Source: Terriglobia bacterium (GTDB lineage: Bacteria > Acidobacteriota > Terriglobia > Versatilivoradales > Versatilivoraceae). Taken from it: 64,000 nt of DNA. Made by a program: the position numbers and the translations under genes. The number at the start of each line of letters is the position of its first letter. The first letter of the stretch is position 1. The notes under the pieces were generated by a model that saw nothing but the letters and a program-made list of their open reading frames with translations, did not search any database and had not been told where the DNA came from. The DNA lies in NCBI GenBank assembly GCA_951813285.1, contig OX638355.1, forward strand, positions 2,373,136-2,437,135. Direction: 5' to 3'. Of this stretch, positions 28,165 to 38,432 are shown in pieces.

Positions 28165-31100
28165 CTAATCCAGCACCAGCTTCACGCCGGTTTCGAATTG
28201 TCTGTAGTCGGTGAACCGGGTGACGTTTCGAGTGTGGATCCGGGCACTCTGCAGGATGCCGACGGACATGTTGAACTGAGCCCTGATCGGAAGCCAGTGT
28301 TGGTTCTCCCCGATCCGGACCTGGTCGTAGGCGATGCTCACCTCCGAGGTCTTGATGGGGAAATCCTCGGGGAGATCCACCGTCTCCTTGATCAGTTTGA
28401 CCACCTGGTAGGAGTTGACGTCGATCCAGCACAATCCTCGGTAACCCACCCGCAGGGGATTGCCCTGGTAGATCAGTTGAATCGAGGAAGTCTCCTGGGG
28501 AACCCGAAAGGCCACCCGCACCGTCTGATGCCCCGCGAATTCTTCGGCGCCCTCCAGACGGAAAGAGGTTCTGCTCCCGGGAGCGAACACGTTTCGGAGG
28601 GCGGCGGCGTACTCCCCGATGGAATAAGCGCCGTCTTGGCTGACCGACGGCCCTTGCCCCTGGACGGGCTGGTACCTTTCTTCTCCGTTCGAGTACAGGA
28701 GATCCTCCTGGAGCTGGTCCTTTTCCTGCCAACCTCGGAACAGCCGCTCAAATCGGGCTGTCCGGCGGCGACACACGAAATTGGGCAGGTCGTGGGTGTA
28801 GGCATCGATCCTGCGGCGGACGGCTTCCAAAAAATCCGGCCATTCGCTGTCGGTCGGCACCCCGCCGGGCCGGCTGGAGGCGAGAGTTAGCGCTGCGGTG
28901 TCGCTGACGGTAAACTCCTCGGACCCGGTTTCCATCATGAACTCGGGGCGATGGTAGGCAGAGGGGGTCTGGGTGGCCTGCATTTTCCTGGTCTCAGCCT
29001 GTTGGGGATCGAACGGCAATCGAGTGCTCTCGTCGTAGCGGGCTCCTGCAAACCGCGTCTTGCCGATTCTGATGTTGCCGGCAAGGGGAATAAAGAGGTT
29101 GGCCTCCCTTCCTTCGACCAGAGCGGCTCGGGTCAATCTGGCCCCCCGCAGGTCGGCTTTCCTCAGATCGCTGCCGAACAGGACTGCTTCGGACAGGTCG
29201 GCCACCTGCAGATTGGCCCGGCTCAGGCGGGCGTCTTTCAGGACGGCGCCCTGCAGATTGGCGCCCAGCAAGCTGGCGCCCTCCAGGCCGGCTTGGGTCA
29301 GGCTGGCATCAGCCAGCTCGGCCCCGTCCAGTTGTGCGCCGTCCAGCTTGGCCTTGATCAGTTCCGCGCCGGTCAGTTTGGCGCCCCGCAGGTCGGCCCC
29401 TCGCAGATCGGCCTCCCAAAGCTTGGCTTGGGTCAGGTCGGCTCTCAGCAGCACCGCATCCCGGAGGTCGGCCTTCCGCAGGTCCATGCCGCTCAGGTTG
29501 GCTCCAAAGAGATTCTTCCCCTTCAAGTCGTGCGACTGCAGTCGGCTCCCCCGCAAATCGCCGCATTCGCCCCGAAGATCCGGGTTGTACCCGAGCTCTC
29601 CCTGGTCGTTGGCGCAGGCCAGGGTATGGCTGCGAAATCGGTAGGTTTGTAAAGAAGCGGTATGGCCCGAGGAACGTGGAATCTCCAGACTGTCTCTGAT
29701 CTTTTTCAGGTCGAGGCGAACGGCCGGTTCCGGCTCGGACGTATTTTGGGCGCGAGTCTGATCGCCGATGGCCGGTGTCGGCACGACCTCGGGTTCGGCC
29801 GCTGCAGATCCCCGCGTCACCACCAACTCGGTCTCGGAGATGGTGGCACGGCCGCTGGCCGACTCCTCGGTGGTAATCTCGAATCGGTAGTCGCCCGGGC
29901 TCAAGGGTTGGGTGGACAGCTTGAAGCCCACCGCAACCTGTCCCGGCGCCCGCTCTTCCAGGTGGTTCCGGTCCAGCGCGATTGACGGGAAGTCGACGGT
30001 CTCTCCGCTGTCCTTCACTGCCTGGATGTGAGCCGTGAGATTGCCGTCCTGCAGCTTGGAGGCGTTGTAGAGTTTGTAAAACACGGCCAGAGGTCGGGGA
30101 GGGACAATTTTGTTCCTGACCGACGGCTTCACCTGGAACCCACGGTGAAACAGCCAGCGGGTCTCCGGGACCTGCATTCCGGCGACGGCGGGGGAAAAGG
30201 GCTCCAGTTCCTGACTCAGGACCAGGCCGCTGGTCATGAGCACATCCGGGGGAAGGGCCGGAACCCATAGAAGCTGTTCGGCCGTCCCCAATCTGGCGTG
30301 GCGGTCCGCGGCCACCAGCTTGATGCGATACTTGCCCGGCTCCAGCTTGAGAAAACCCTGCACGGCGGATTCCGCCTTCCCGTTTGCCAGCGGGAGGGTC
30401 TGGTCGAAAACCGAAGCCGCCTGCCCGTCGTCAGAGAAGGCAACCCCCATCAGGCGAAGGTCTTTCCCCGGCAACCAGCTCTTTGGGGTATCCCCGTCCG
30501 AATCGTGGGAAACCCTGGCCGAGATCAGGACCAGAGCCCGCTCAGTCTCCTGGTAGAAGAAGTGCGCCTTGAAATCCAAAGCCAGATCGTGCTGTTGCTC
30601 CGATGCCTGCAGTCCCCGGAGCACGGTCCTTTCCAGAGATCCCGCCGTGTCCCGGTCCGACAACAGGGGCACCTCGACGGTTCGGCGCAGAGACCCCAGT
30701 CCGGCGTTGAGGTTCTCGCGTGCCGCAACCTTGACTTGATACCGCCCCGGTGGGACTTTCAGGACGACCTTGGAGGTCAGGCCCGATCGAAGAAGAGCCT
30801 GGTAGCTGCCGTCGCCGAGCTTGAAATCCCAGGCCTTTTCGTCGCCCCCGACGTACTCGTCCTTGGCATCGAAGGCGACTACAGCCAGATTGATTCGATT
30901 GATCCGCTTGCCCTCTTCGATCAGGAAGGGGAGATCCTCAAAGCCCAGGCGGGTCAGGATCTCCAACCGGTAAGTGTCCCCATCCAGGCTGGAGCTGTGG
31001 AAGGACATCTGCAGCGGGATTTCCCTGAGATCGGTGGGCGCCCGCATGGCTTCCAGCATTTCCTTCTTCTTTCGTTCCTCCGGGGACAATCGCTCCTTGG

Positions 31101-32481
31101 GGGCAAAGAAGCCCTTGCGGTGAGTGACTCGGACGCCGGGCCGCAACACTTTCACTCGAAGCCTGTAGTAGCGGCCGTTGGGCTTCTTGGGAGGGGTGGC
31201 GTAGCTCAGGACATAGTAGGAGAACTGCTGATCCACCACCTGTCTCAGACCTGCCACCAAGTCGTTGTTGTCTCTGAAGTAGATTCCTCCCGTAGCCTTG
31301 GCCAAGTACTCCAGGGACATGCCCTTTTGCTTGCGGTCCTCCGAAACCAGCAAGGATTTGTCGAGCCGGAGACCACTGTTATTGGTAAATTCGTCGCTGA
31401 CGTCGTACATCGGGCTGGTTTGCAGCCCGGTGGCCCGGATGGAGTTGAAGATAATGCCGGTCTTCAGCGCCATGTCGACCAGGCGCTCCAGGTCATAGCG
31501 AAGCGCGCGGTGCAGGAAGCCTCCGGAGAGCAGCACCAGAGATTTCTGCGCCTCAACCGGTCCGAGAGAACGGATGTGCGCTCGCAGGACGTCCAGCAAG
31601 CGACGGATGCGGCTCCGTTGTCCGGCTAGGTGCTGGGAAGCCAGGGTCCGCACATAGTTTTCAACGATCTGCTGGGTTGGATCAATGGGACTTCCACCGA
31701 TCCCGGCACCTAGTGTTTGGCCCTGCGGGGCGTCCAGGCCGGCGCCGATCCCGCAGTCTTCGGCTTCGGCCATGGCCACGTCGATGGCCCGGTTTCCCGG
31801 CACGGGCCCAAATACCTCAATCTCTTCCGCCTGAGCATCGGTCAGTGTGACGCATCCGCGCTGGCGCAGCGACTGGGTGAAATCCAGTTTATTGTGGAGT
31901 CGGTCGATCTCTGCCAGCAACAACTCCTTGTCCTGAGTGAAGGGGACGAAATGGCCGCGGGAGGCCGTCATGATGGAGATGTGGTTTTGTTCTTTCAACC
32001 CCCTTTCCACGAATCCGCGAATGGCTTCTACGGTGCGGTTGAGGGTGCCCATCGGGGGATAGGTGAGGTCGTCGATGACCAGGCTCAACAGCCGGGGTTT
32101 GTCGGGGGCCGCCTCCGGGGCCGGTTCCTCCTGGCTGGCCTGGCTGCCCCAGGTCATGGAACTCTGCGGGTTCTGGTAGAATTCCTGGGAGAAAGACTGA
32201 ATGGTCTGCATCTTGCGGTTTTCGAAGACCTCGAAATCGTCCACGGTCAGATCGGTGATGGGGTTGCCGTCCCGGTCGGTGACAATGGTGTTGACCACCA
32301 CCACTTCCACCGGCACCTTGAGGGTGAATCCGGAGGAGGGCTGACCGCGGGCTTTTTCGGTTTTTTCGGGCTTGGCCTCCGCTGTTGCCGGGCTTGGCTC
32401 CAAGGCGGCTGTCAACCAACCGGCAACCATGGTTCCCGCCAGAACGGCGCCAGTGAGAAAGGGCCTTCTGAGAGACATTGT
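28165..32481 (-). CDS. Giant secreted protein. Two VWFA-related Acidobacterial-type modules, a central pentapeptide-repeat block and a C-terminal region.
   Basis: Signal peptide MSLRRPFLTGAVLAGTMVAGWLTAA. 'VVVNTIVTDRDGNPITDLTVDDFEVFEN' VWFA-related motif. ~25 A(D/N)L.G pentapeptide repeats at aa ~985-1110. Confidence 0.8.
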   Translation of the reverse strand, partial: TMSLRRPFLTGAVLAGTMVAGWLTAALEPSPATAEAKPEKTEKARGQPSSGFTLKVPVEVVVVNTIVTDRDGNPITDLTVDDFEVFENRKMQTIQSFSQEFYQNPQSSMTWGSQASQEEPAPEAAPDKPRLLSLVIDDLTYPPMGTLNRTVEAIRGFVERGLKEQNHISIMTASRGHFVPFTQDKELLLAEIDRLHNKLDFTQSLRQRGCVTLTDAQAEEIEVFGPVPGNRAIDVAMAEAEDCGIGAGLDAPQGQTLGAGIGGSPIDPTQQIVENYVRTLASQHLAGQRSRIRRLLDVLRAHIRSLGPVEAQKSLVLLSGGFLHRALRYDLERLVDMALKTGIIFNSIRATGLQTSPMYDVSDEFTNNSGLRLDKSLLVSEDRKQKGMSLEYLAKATGGIYFRDNNDLVAGLRQVVDQQFSYYVLSYATPPKKPNGRYYRLRVKVLRPGVRVTHRKGFFAPKERLSPEERKKKEMLEAMRAPTDLREIPLQMSFHSSSLDGDTYRLEILTRLGFEDLPFLIEEGKRINRINLAVVAFDAKDEYVGGDEKAWDFKLGDGSYQALLRSGLTSKVVLKVPPGRYQVKVAARENLNAGLGSLRRTVEVPLLSDRDTAGSLERTVLRGLQASEQQHDLALDFKAHFFYQETERALVLISARVSHDSDGDTPKSWLPGKDLRLMGVAFSDDGQAASVFDQTLPLANGKAESAVQGFLKLEPGKYRIKLVAADRHARLGTAEQLLWVPALPPDVLMTSGLVLSQELEPFSPAVAGMQVPETRWLFHRGFQVKPSVRNKIVPPRPLAVFYKLYNASKLQDGNLTAHIQAVKDSGETVDFPSIALDRNHLEERAPGQVAVGFKLSTQPLSPGDYRFEITTEESASGRATISETELVVTRGSAAAEPEVVPTPAIGDQTRAQNTSEPEPAVRLDLKKIRDSLEIPRSSGHTASLQTYRFRSHTLACANDQGELGYNPDLRGECGDLRGSRLQSHDLKGKNLFGANLSGMDLRKADLRDAVLLRADLTQAKLWEADLRGADLRGAKLTGAELIKAKLDGAQLDGAELADASLTQAGLEGASLLGANLQGAVLKDARLSRANLQVADLSEAVLFGSDLRKADLRGARLTRAALVEGREANLFIPLAGNIRIGKTRFAGARYDESTRLPFDPQQAETRKMQATQTPSAYHRPEFMMETGSEEFTVSDTAALTLASSRPGGVPTDSEWPDFLEAVRRRIDAYTHDLPNFVCRRRTARFERLFRGWQEKDQLQEDLLYSNGEERYQPVQGQGPSVSQDGAYSIGEYAAALRNVFAPGSRTSFRLEGAEEFAGHQTVRVAFRVPQETSSIQLIYQGNPLRVGYRGLCWIDVNSYQVVKLIKETVDLPEDFPIKTSEVSIAYDQVRIGENQHWLPIRAQFNMSVGILQSARIHTRNVTRFTDYRQFETGVKLVLD

Positions 32482-32945
32482 CGGATCCTGTTTATGGACG
32501 GTTGTAACGGACCGGTAAGAGTAGGCCATTATGGAACGATGGCCCATTGCGGGCAACCTCATTTTGCGCGGCCGTGCGGCTACCTCTGGCTTGACCCTTC
32601 TTCCAGCCCTTTGCTAACATCGCCCGAGGTTGAGCGGAACGGCTGAAACTCAAGCCAGGCAAAGGATTCCGGACACTTCCCGCCTTCAGTGGTGTGCAAT
32701 CATGACCCCGAGTCCGCATTTCTCACCGGGGGGCGTGATGATGGCGCAGGAATTTTTCCCTCAGCGCCTGCTCGCGAGCGAAGAGCGTAGCGGTCACTAC
32801 GTTCGAGCGAGCATGTGCACGCTGAGGGGAAAAGGACAAGCCAGGGCACGCCCAGCGCAGCCTGGTTCAGCATGCCCTCAAGACAGCACCCATATAGCCC
32901 TGAAAATCAATATCTTTCCTGATGCGTCCAGCGACTCGGTGAGAA

Positions 32946-35555
32946 ATGCGGGCTAAATACACCCCCGACAGGATCGAAGCCAAGTGGGCCGACCGCTGGG
33001 AACGGGACGGGCTCTATCGGACCGCTCCGGCCAGCGGTCGCCCCAAGAAATACGTGTTGGATTTCTTTCCCTACCCTTCGGGGGACGGGCTCAGCGTGGG
33101 CCACTGCCGGAATTACGTCCCCACCGACGTGTTGAGTCGCTACTACCGCATGCGGGGCGAGAACGTGCTCCATCCCATGGGCTGGGATGCCTTCGGTCTT
33201 CCCGCGGAAAACGCGGCCATCCGTCAGAAGACCAACCCGGCCAAGCTCATCGCCCGCTTTGCCGGCAACTACAAGCGGCAGATGCGGCTGCTGGGCATCT
33301 CCTTCGACTGGAGCCGGGAGATCAACTCCTCCCAGCCCGACTACTACCGTTGGACTCAGTGGGTTTTTCTGCAGCTCTACCATTCCTGGTACGACCCGCG
33401 GCTGCAGAAAGCCTGTCCCATCTCCGGCCTGGAGGAGGAACTGGCGACGCGGGGCAGCGACGGCATTCCCGGAGCCCCGGCCATGACCGCCGAGGCCTGG
33501 AGGCAATTGCCGGTCACCGAGAGAAAGGACTATCTGAGCCACTGTCGGCTGGCCTACCGCGGGGCATCCACGGTGAACTGGGACCCGGTGGAAAAGACGG
33601 TGCTGGCCAACGAAGAGGTGGTGGACGGGCGGGGCTGGCGAAGCGGGGCGCTGGTCGAGAAGAAGCGGCTGATGCAGTGGTTCTTTCGAATCACGGCCTA
33701 CGCCGACAGGTTGCTGGCCGACCTGGACGGCCTGGACTGGCCGGAGAGCATCAAGCTGATGCAGCGCAACTGGATCGGACGCAGCCGGGGGGCCGAAGTC
33801 AGTTTCTCCACCGCGGCCGGGCCATTGAAGGTGTTCACCACCCGCCCCGATACGCTTTGGGGCGCCACCTTCATGGTGCTGGCGCCGGAGCATCCTCTGG
33901 CGCCCGCCCTCACAACCCCCTCCTCGGCTCGAGAGGTCGAGACCTATCTGCGGCAGGTCCAGGGCAAGAGCGATCTGGATCGTACCGCCCAGGGCCGAGC
34001 CAAGTCAGGGGTGTTCCTGGGATCCCATGCCACCAATCCGGTCAACGGTGAAGCGATCCCGATCTGGGTGGCGGATTATGTGCTGATGGGGTATGGAACC
34101 GGCGCTATCATGGCGGTTCCGGCCCACGACCAGAGAGATTTGGAGTTCGCCCGACAGCACGGCTTGGAGATCCGGGTGGTGATCCAACCCGGGGGGCGGG
34201 ATGAACCGCTTCGGTCCGACACCATGGAGGAGGCCTGGACGGGTGAGGGGGTCATGAGCCGGTCCGGCTTCTTCGACGGCACCCCCACCAGCCAGGCCGT
34301 CGACAGGGTCACCGACTGGTTGGAGAAGACCGGTCGGGGCAGGTCCAGCGTCCATTACAAGCTGCGCGACTGGGGGATCAGCCGCCAGCGCTACTGGGGC
34401 ACCCCGATCCCGATCGTTCACACCTCCGAAGGCGAGGCGCCCGTGGCCGCCGCCGATCTTCCTGTGCGGCTTCCGGAGGTTCGCCACTACGAGCCCACCG
34501 GCAGTGGAGAGTCGCCCCTGGCAGCCATTTCCGATTTTGTCCAGGTGTCCCTGCCCGGAGGCATCCGGGGACGCCGTGAGACCGATACCATGGGAACCTT
34601 CGCCTGTTCCTCCTGGTACTTTCTGCGCTTCGTGAGTCCCCGCAATGTCCAGGCCGCCTTCGATCGCAAGGAAGTGGATTACTGGCTGCCGGTAGACGTG
34701 TACGTGGGAGGTGCCGAGCACGCGGTCATGCACCTGCTCTATGCCCGCTTCTGGACCAAGGCGCTCTACGACCTGGGCCACCTGCCCTTTACCGAGCCCT
34801 TCAAATCCCTGCGGAATCAGGGGATGATTTTGGGTCAGGACGGAGAAAAGATGTCGAAGAGCCGGGGCAACGTCATCACACCGGACGAAATGGTGGAGGC
34901 CTGGGGCGCCGACGCCTTGCGTGCCTACGAGATGTTCATCAGCGATTTCGAAATGTCCACGCCCTGGAACACCAACGGTCTCTCCGGAACCTTTCGTTGG
35001 CTGCGCCGTGCCTGGGAGGTGATTTTGCGGCCTCCGCCCGAGGAGTCCTCCTCCTCTAAGACTCGGAAGCCGGACCGGGATCTGCGCCGCTGGACGCACA
35101 AGACCTTGTTCAAGGTTTCGAGCGACATCGAGGGATTTCGTTTCAACACCGTGATCTCGTCACTCATGGAGTTCACCAATGCGCTTCAGGACGCCGTCAG
35201 GCAGCCGGTTGGCCGGGAGGCCTTGGTGGAGGCCACCGATGCGCTGCTCCTGATGGTGGCGCCGATAGCTCCCTTTATGGCAGAGGAGCTCTGGGCCTTG
35301 AAGGGGCGTCCCTACTCGATCCACCAGCAGCCCTGGCCCCGGGCCGATCGCCTCCTGGCGGCCGAGGAGGAAATCACGCTGGTGCTTCAGGTCAACGGCA
35401 AGGTCCGGGGGCGCCTGAACCTTCCGGTCGACTTGACGGAAGCACAGGCTCGGGAGGCGGCCTTGAGCCAGGAGTCGGTGCAGCGCCACTTGAACGGCAA
35501 AACCCCCAAACGGCTGATTTATGTTCCGGGAAAACTGGTCAATATCGTGGTCTGA
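32946..35555 (+). CDS. leuS: Leucine--tRNA ligase.
   Basis: 869 aa, class I LeuRS ('HMGH'-type 'SVGHCRNY', KMSKS). Confidence 0.95.
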   Translation: MRAKYTPDRIEAKWADRWERDGLYRTAPASGRPKKYVLDFFPYPSGDGLSVGHCRNYVPTDVLSRYYRMRGENVLHPMGWDAFGLPAENAAIRQKTNPAKLIARFAGNYKRQMRLLGISFDWSREINSSQPDYYRWTQWVFLQLYHSWYDPRLQKACPISGLEEELATRGSDGIPGAPAMTAEAWRQLPVTERKDYLSHCRLAYRGASTVNWDPVEKTVLANEEVVDGRGWRSGALVEKKRLMQWFFRITAYADRLLADLDGLDWPESIKLMQRNWIGRSRGAEVSFSTAAGPLKVFTTRPDTLWGATFMVLAPEHPLAPALTTPSSAREVETYLRQVQGKSDLDRTAQGRAKSGVFLGSHATNPVNGEAIPIWVADYVLMGYGTGAIMAVPAHDQRDLEFARQHGLEIRVVIQPGGRDEPLRSDTMEEAWTGEGVMSRSGFFDGTPTSQAVDRVTDWLEKTGRGRSSVHYKLRDWGISRQRYWGTPIPIVHTSEGEAPVAAADLPVRLPEVRHYEPTGSGESPLAAISDFVQVSLPGGIRGRRETDTMGTFACSSWYFLRFVSPRNVQAAFDRKEVDYWLPVDVYVGGAEHAVMHLLYARFWTKALYDLGHLPFTEPFKSLRNQGMILGQDGEKMSKSRGNVITPDEMVEAWGADALRAYEMFISDFEMSTPWNTNGLSGTFRWLRRAWEVILRPPPEESSSSKTRKPDRDLRRWTHKTLFKVSSDIEGFRFNTVISSLMEFTNALQDAVRQPVGREALVEATDALLLMVAPIAPFMAEELWALKGRPYSIHQQPWPRADRLLAAEEEITLVLQVNGKVRGRLNLPVDLTEAQAREAALSQESVQRHLNGKTPKRLIYVPGKLVNIVV

Positions 35556-35598
35556 GGGACAACGGGCTCGGCAGACATCCGGGCGTGTGCCCGCCAGG

Positions 35599-36111
35599 AT
35601 GGTTCCGGGGCCGGCAGTATGGTTGCTGAGCGGCCTGTTGGCTGCCGGCTGCGGGTACCGCCTGGCCGGGAAAGCCACGGCCATCCCCGAGTCCGTCGAT
35701 TCCATCGCCGTTCCCATTTTCACCAATCGGACGACCAAGTACCGGCTGGAGCAGCGCCTGACCTCGGCAGTGGTGGATGAGCTGACTTCACGCACCCGGT
35801 ACCGTATTTCCTCCGATCCCGCTTCGGCCGCGGCCGTGCTGACCGGCGTTGTCACCGGCTTCACCTCCACGCCGGTGATCTTCTCGGGCAGGGCGGGGTC
35901 CACTTTTCTGGTGACGGTGCGCCTGCGGGTCGAGTTGAAGGACTCCAAGTCCAAGAAGCTTCTTTTCGAGAATCGAAACTATTTCTTCCGGGAAGAGTTC
36001 GAGATCAGTCGGTCCTCCCAGGACTTTTTTCCCGAGGAAGGGCCCGCTCTGGATCGGCTGGCCGAGGCCTTTTCGCGGGACCTGGTGAGTACCATCCTGG
36101 AATCCTTCTGA
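35599..36111 (+). CDS. lptE: LPS-assembly lipoprotein LptE-like.
   Basis: Lipobox LAAGC. Conserved leuS-lptE-holA synteny. Confidence 0.6.
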   Translation: MVPGPAVWLLSGLLAAGCGYRLAGKATAIPESVDSIAVPIFTNRTTKYRLEQRLTSAVVDELTSRTRYRISSDPASAAAVLTGVVTGFTSTPVIFSGRAGSTFLVTVRLRVELKDSKSKKLLFENRNYFFREEFEISRSSQDFFPEEGPALDRLAEAFSRDLVSTILESF

Positions 36112-36116
36112 CCGAC

Positions 36117-37133
36117 ATGTCCTTTTCCCAGTTCCAGGCACACCTCCGCAAAGGAAAGTTCAGTCCGGCTTATTTCATTTTCGGTCCCGACGCCTACCTG
36201 AGAGATGCGGCCAGAAAGGCGCTCATGGACGCCTTGACCAAGGCTTGGGGGGGCGAACCGCCAACTTCGAGTGTCGATCTGGACCAGACCCGGTTGGATG
36301 AGCTGCTGGCCTCGGCCGCGACCCCCTCGCTGTTTGCGCCCAGGCAGGTCATGCATATCCGGGGAGTCATGAAGCTGCGAGACCGGCAAGTCAGGGAACT
36401 GGCCGACTACCTGGGCCGTCCCAGCCCGGCTACCGTCCTGGTGTTCCTGGCGGGGGAACTGGGCCGCGACCACCGCAGGAAAAAGATTTTCAAGACGCTG
36501 CAGGCAGGCAGTCGGATGGTCGACCTTGCCCTCCTGAATGAGGCTCAGACCCGAAGCTGGATCACCAAGGCTCTGGGCAAGCGGGGCTTCAGCATCCAGG
36601 AGGAGGCGGTGGAGTGCCTGGTAGAACTCCAGGGAACCGATTTGGGCCGGGTGCATCTGGAGGTAGAGAAGCTGGCCCTGCTTGCCGGGGATGGGAAGAC
36701 CGTCACTCTGGAAATGGTTCAGGAGTCGGCCGGATATTGCCGAGACCACACCGTTTTCGACTTTCTGGACGCGGTTTTGGCCCAGGATCGCCGCCAAGCC
36801 TTGCGGCTGTGCTGCGAATTGTCGGCTCAGCCGGCCGAAATGCTGTCAATGGTCACGCTGCTGGGGCGGCGGCTGCGCAGCCTGCTTCAAATCCAGGAGA
36901 TCCCGCCAACCACGGGCCTGGGGGAAATGGCCCGTCAGGTCGGGGCCAATCCCTACTTCCTGAAACGGCTGCTGGGCCCTGCCAAACGTTTCCGCCGCCA
37001 AGCCCTGCTCACGGCCATAGACCGATTGGCTTCCATCGACGACGGGATCAAACGGTCCAGCCCCGACAGCCGCCTCTGCCTGGAACGCCTGGTTGCAGAT
37101 CTGAGCGCCGGCGCCGGTAGCGCCCGGCGTTAG
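36117..37133 (+). CDS. holA: DNA polymerase III delta subunit.
   Basis: N-terminal 'AYFIFGPDAYLRDAARKAL' and position after leuS-lptE. Confidence 0.8.
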   Translation: MSFSQFQAHLRKGKFSPAYFIFGPDAYLRDAARKALMDALTKAWGGEPPTSSVDLDQTRLDELLASAATPSLFAPRQVMHIRGVMKLRDRQVRELADYLGRPSPATVLVFLAGELGRDHRRKKIFKTLQAGSRMVDLALLNEAQTRSWITKALGKRGFSIQEEAVECLVELQGTDLGRVHLEVEKLALLAGDGKTVTLEMVQESAGYCRDHTVFDFLDAVLAQDRRQALRLCCELSAQPAEMLSMVTLLGRRLRSLLQIQEIPPTTGLGEMARQVGANPYFLKRLLGPAKRFRRQALLTAIDRLASIDDGIKRSSPDSRLCLERLVADLSAGAGSARR

Positions 37134-37260
37134 TGGGTTCAGAGGGTTTTGCGGTATTCCCTCACGAATCCCACGAAGAGCGTTCGGTGCAACTCTTCGT
37201 CCGCCACCAGCCGGATGGACAGTTCCCGGGTGACGTAGTCCAGGCCTTCACAGAGGCGGA

Positions 37261-37662
37261 TCACGCGGTTTCCCGGTCGGACCGATCGGTTCTGCGGAAG
37301 ATCTCCTCGGCGGATTGCAGTCCTTCCCAGGCGGAGGGGAAGCCCGCATAGAAGGCCATTTGCAACATGGTCTCCCGGATCTCCTCTCGGGTGGCGCCGT
37401 TGCCCAGGGCCATCTCCACGTTGAGCTCCAGCGCCCGGGTTCTCCCCAGGGCAGTCAGGCCTGCGATGGTGACCAGGCTCCGAGTGCGCCGGTCGAGCTT
37501 GGACCGTGTCCAGACCTCGCCGGCCAGCACTCCCAATACGAATTGCTGGAAGTCGGGAGAAATTTCCCCCCACACGTCCCGCAGCTGGCGGGCTCTGTCT
37601 GCGCCGGCCATTTCCACGAACTGCTCGAACCCTCGCTGCACCCTGTCTTGAGTCGGTTCCAT
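37261..37662 (-). CDS. Carboxymuconolactone decarboxylase (AhpD-like) family protein.
   Basis: 'ALELNVEMALGNGATREEIRETMLQMAFYAGFPSAWEGL' CMD core. Confidence 0.7.
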   Translation of the reverse strand: MEPTQDRVQRGFEQFVEMAGADRARQLRDVWGEISPDFQQFVLGVLAGEVWTRSKLDRRTRSLVTIAGLTALGRTRALELNVEMALGNGATREEIRETMLQMAFYAGFPSAWEGLQSAEEIFRRTDRSDRETA

Positions 37663-38050
37663 AATGAAAATCCTCCCGCGTCGGTTTTCGAGATTCCTAG
37701 GCGTTTCCGGTTTCCAAAAGCCCTGATCCTTATCGCGGCAATCGGAAGTCTTCACGTAGTTTGGCTACATCGATACTTTCCCAGCACTTCTGTGTCAAGA
37801 AGTCAACAAACACACTTACGCGGTAAAGCTGGCTAGGCAATGGATCACGATCAGTCACTATGTACCCCACAAAATTACAGGGACGCACAAGGCGTCCCTG
37901 GGGTCATAATAAACCGGACACTCGTTTTGCCCTTTTCGGGAGATGGTCCGGCGGATCTTATAAGCGCAATTAAGTCATAAGGGACGTTACTTGGCAACTT
38001 GTTTTTGGCTTCCTGCTCAGCGACCCTTCAGTTGCCACAAGAAGGGCCAT

Positions 38051-38350
38051 GAGATAAGAGCGAGCCTTTTGCAAAATTCGGAGTCGGGCGATCTTTATCC
38101 AGATCGAGGGTTGTTCCTTCCGAGTCCGTCAAGGAACAGGTGTCACTGAACCCTTTTGCCGTCTGAAGCTCAATGGCCACAAAAGGCACAAAAAACACAA
38201 AAGGAACCATCCGATCGGCAAGACTCGAAACAAGAAACAAGAGACTCGTTTTGTGACTCTTGTGCTTTTTGTGGTGAATGCCGGAGTCCGCAGCACACCA
38301 CCTTTTGCCGCTTCAATGTCATTCCCGATTGCGAATTTTGCAAAGGGATC
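38051..38350. mobile_element. ~300-bp MITE bounded by the same TIRs as the IS at 8959-10445 (GAGCCTTTTGCAAAATTCG...CGAATTTTGCAAAGGGATC), with no transposase.
   Basis: TIRs at 38051-38069 and 38332-38350. A further solo TIR with ~200 bp of similarity is at 50880-51085. Confidence 0.55.
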
Positions 38351-38432
38351 GAGCTCTAGTTAATTACCCCTTTGACTGTTGCGGAGGTAAAGCAGTGACT
38401 ATTTCTGAGAAAGAAGAACAGCTATTCAAGAA

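Noticed and set aside
27986-28732. Upstream 249 aa of ORF 27644-28732
   Set aside because: Overlaps the 3' end of the 1465-aa gene in another frame and is arginine/glycine-rich. Only the last ~114 aa look like protein.
30298-31629. 443-aa plus-strand ORF (with 28951-29652 and 31717-32646)
   Set aside because: Antisense to the 1465-aa secreted-protein gene.
37139-37261. ~40-aa protein-like extension ('IRLCEGLDYVTRELSIRLVADEELHRTLFVGFVREYRKTL') continuing past the CMD gene stop in the -1 frame
   Set aside because: Could indicate a frameshift in the CMD gene or a tiny separate ORF. It cannot be decided from the sequence alone, so it is not annotated.
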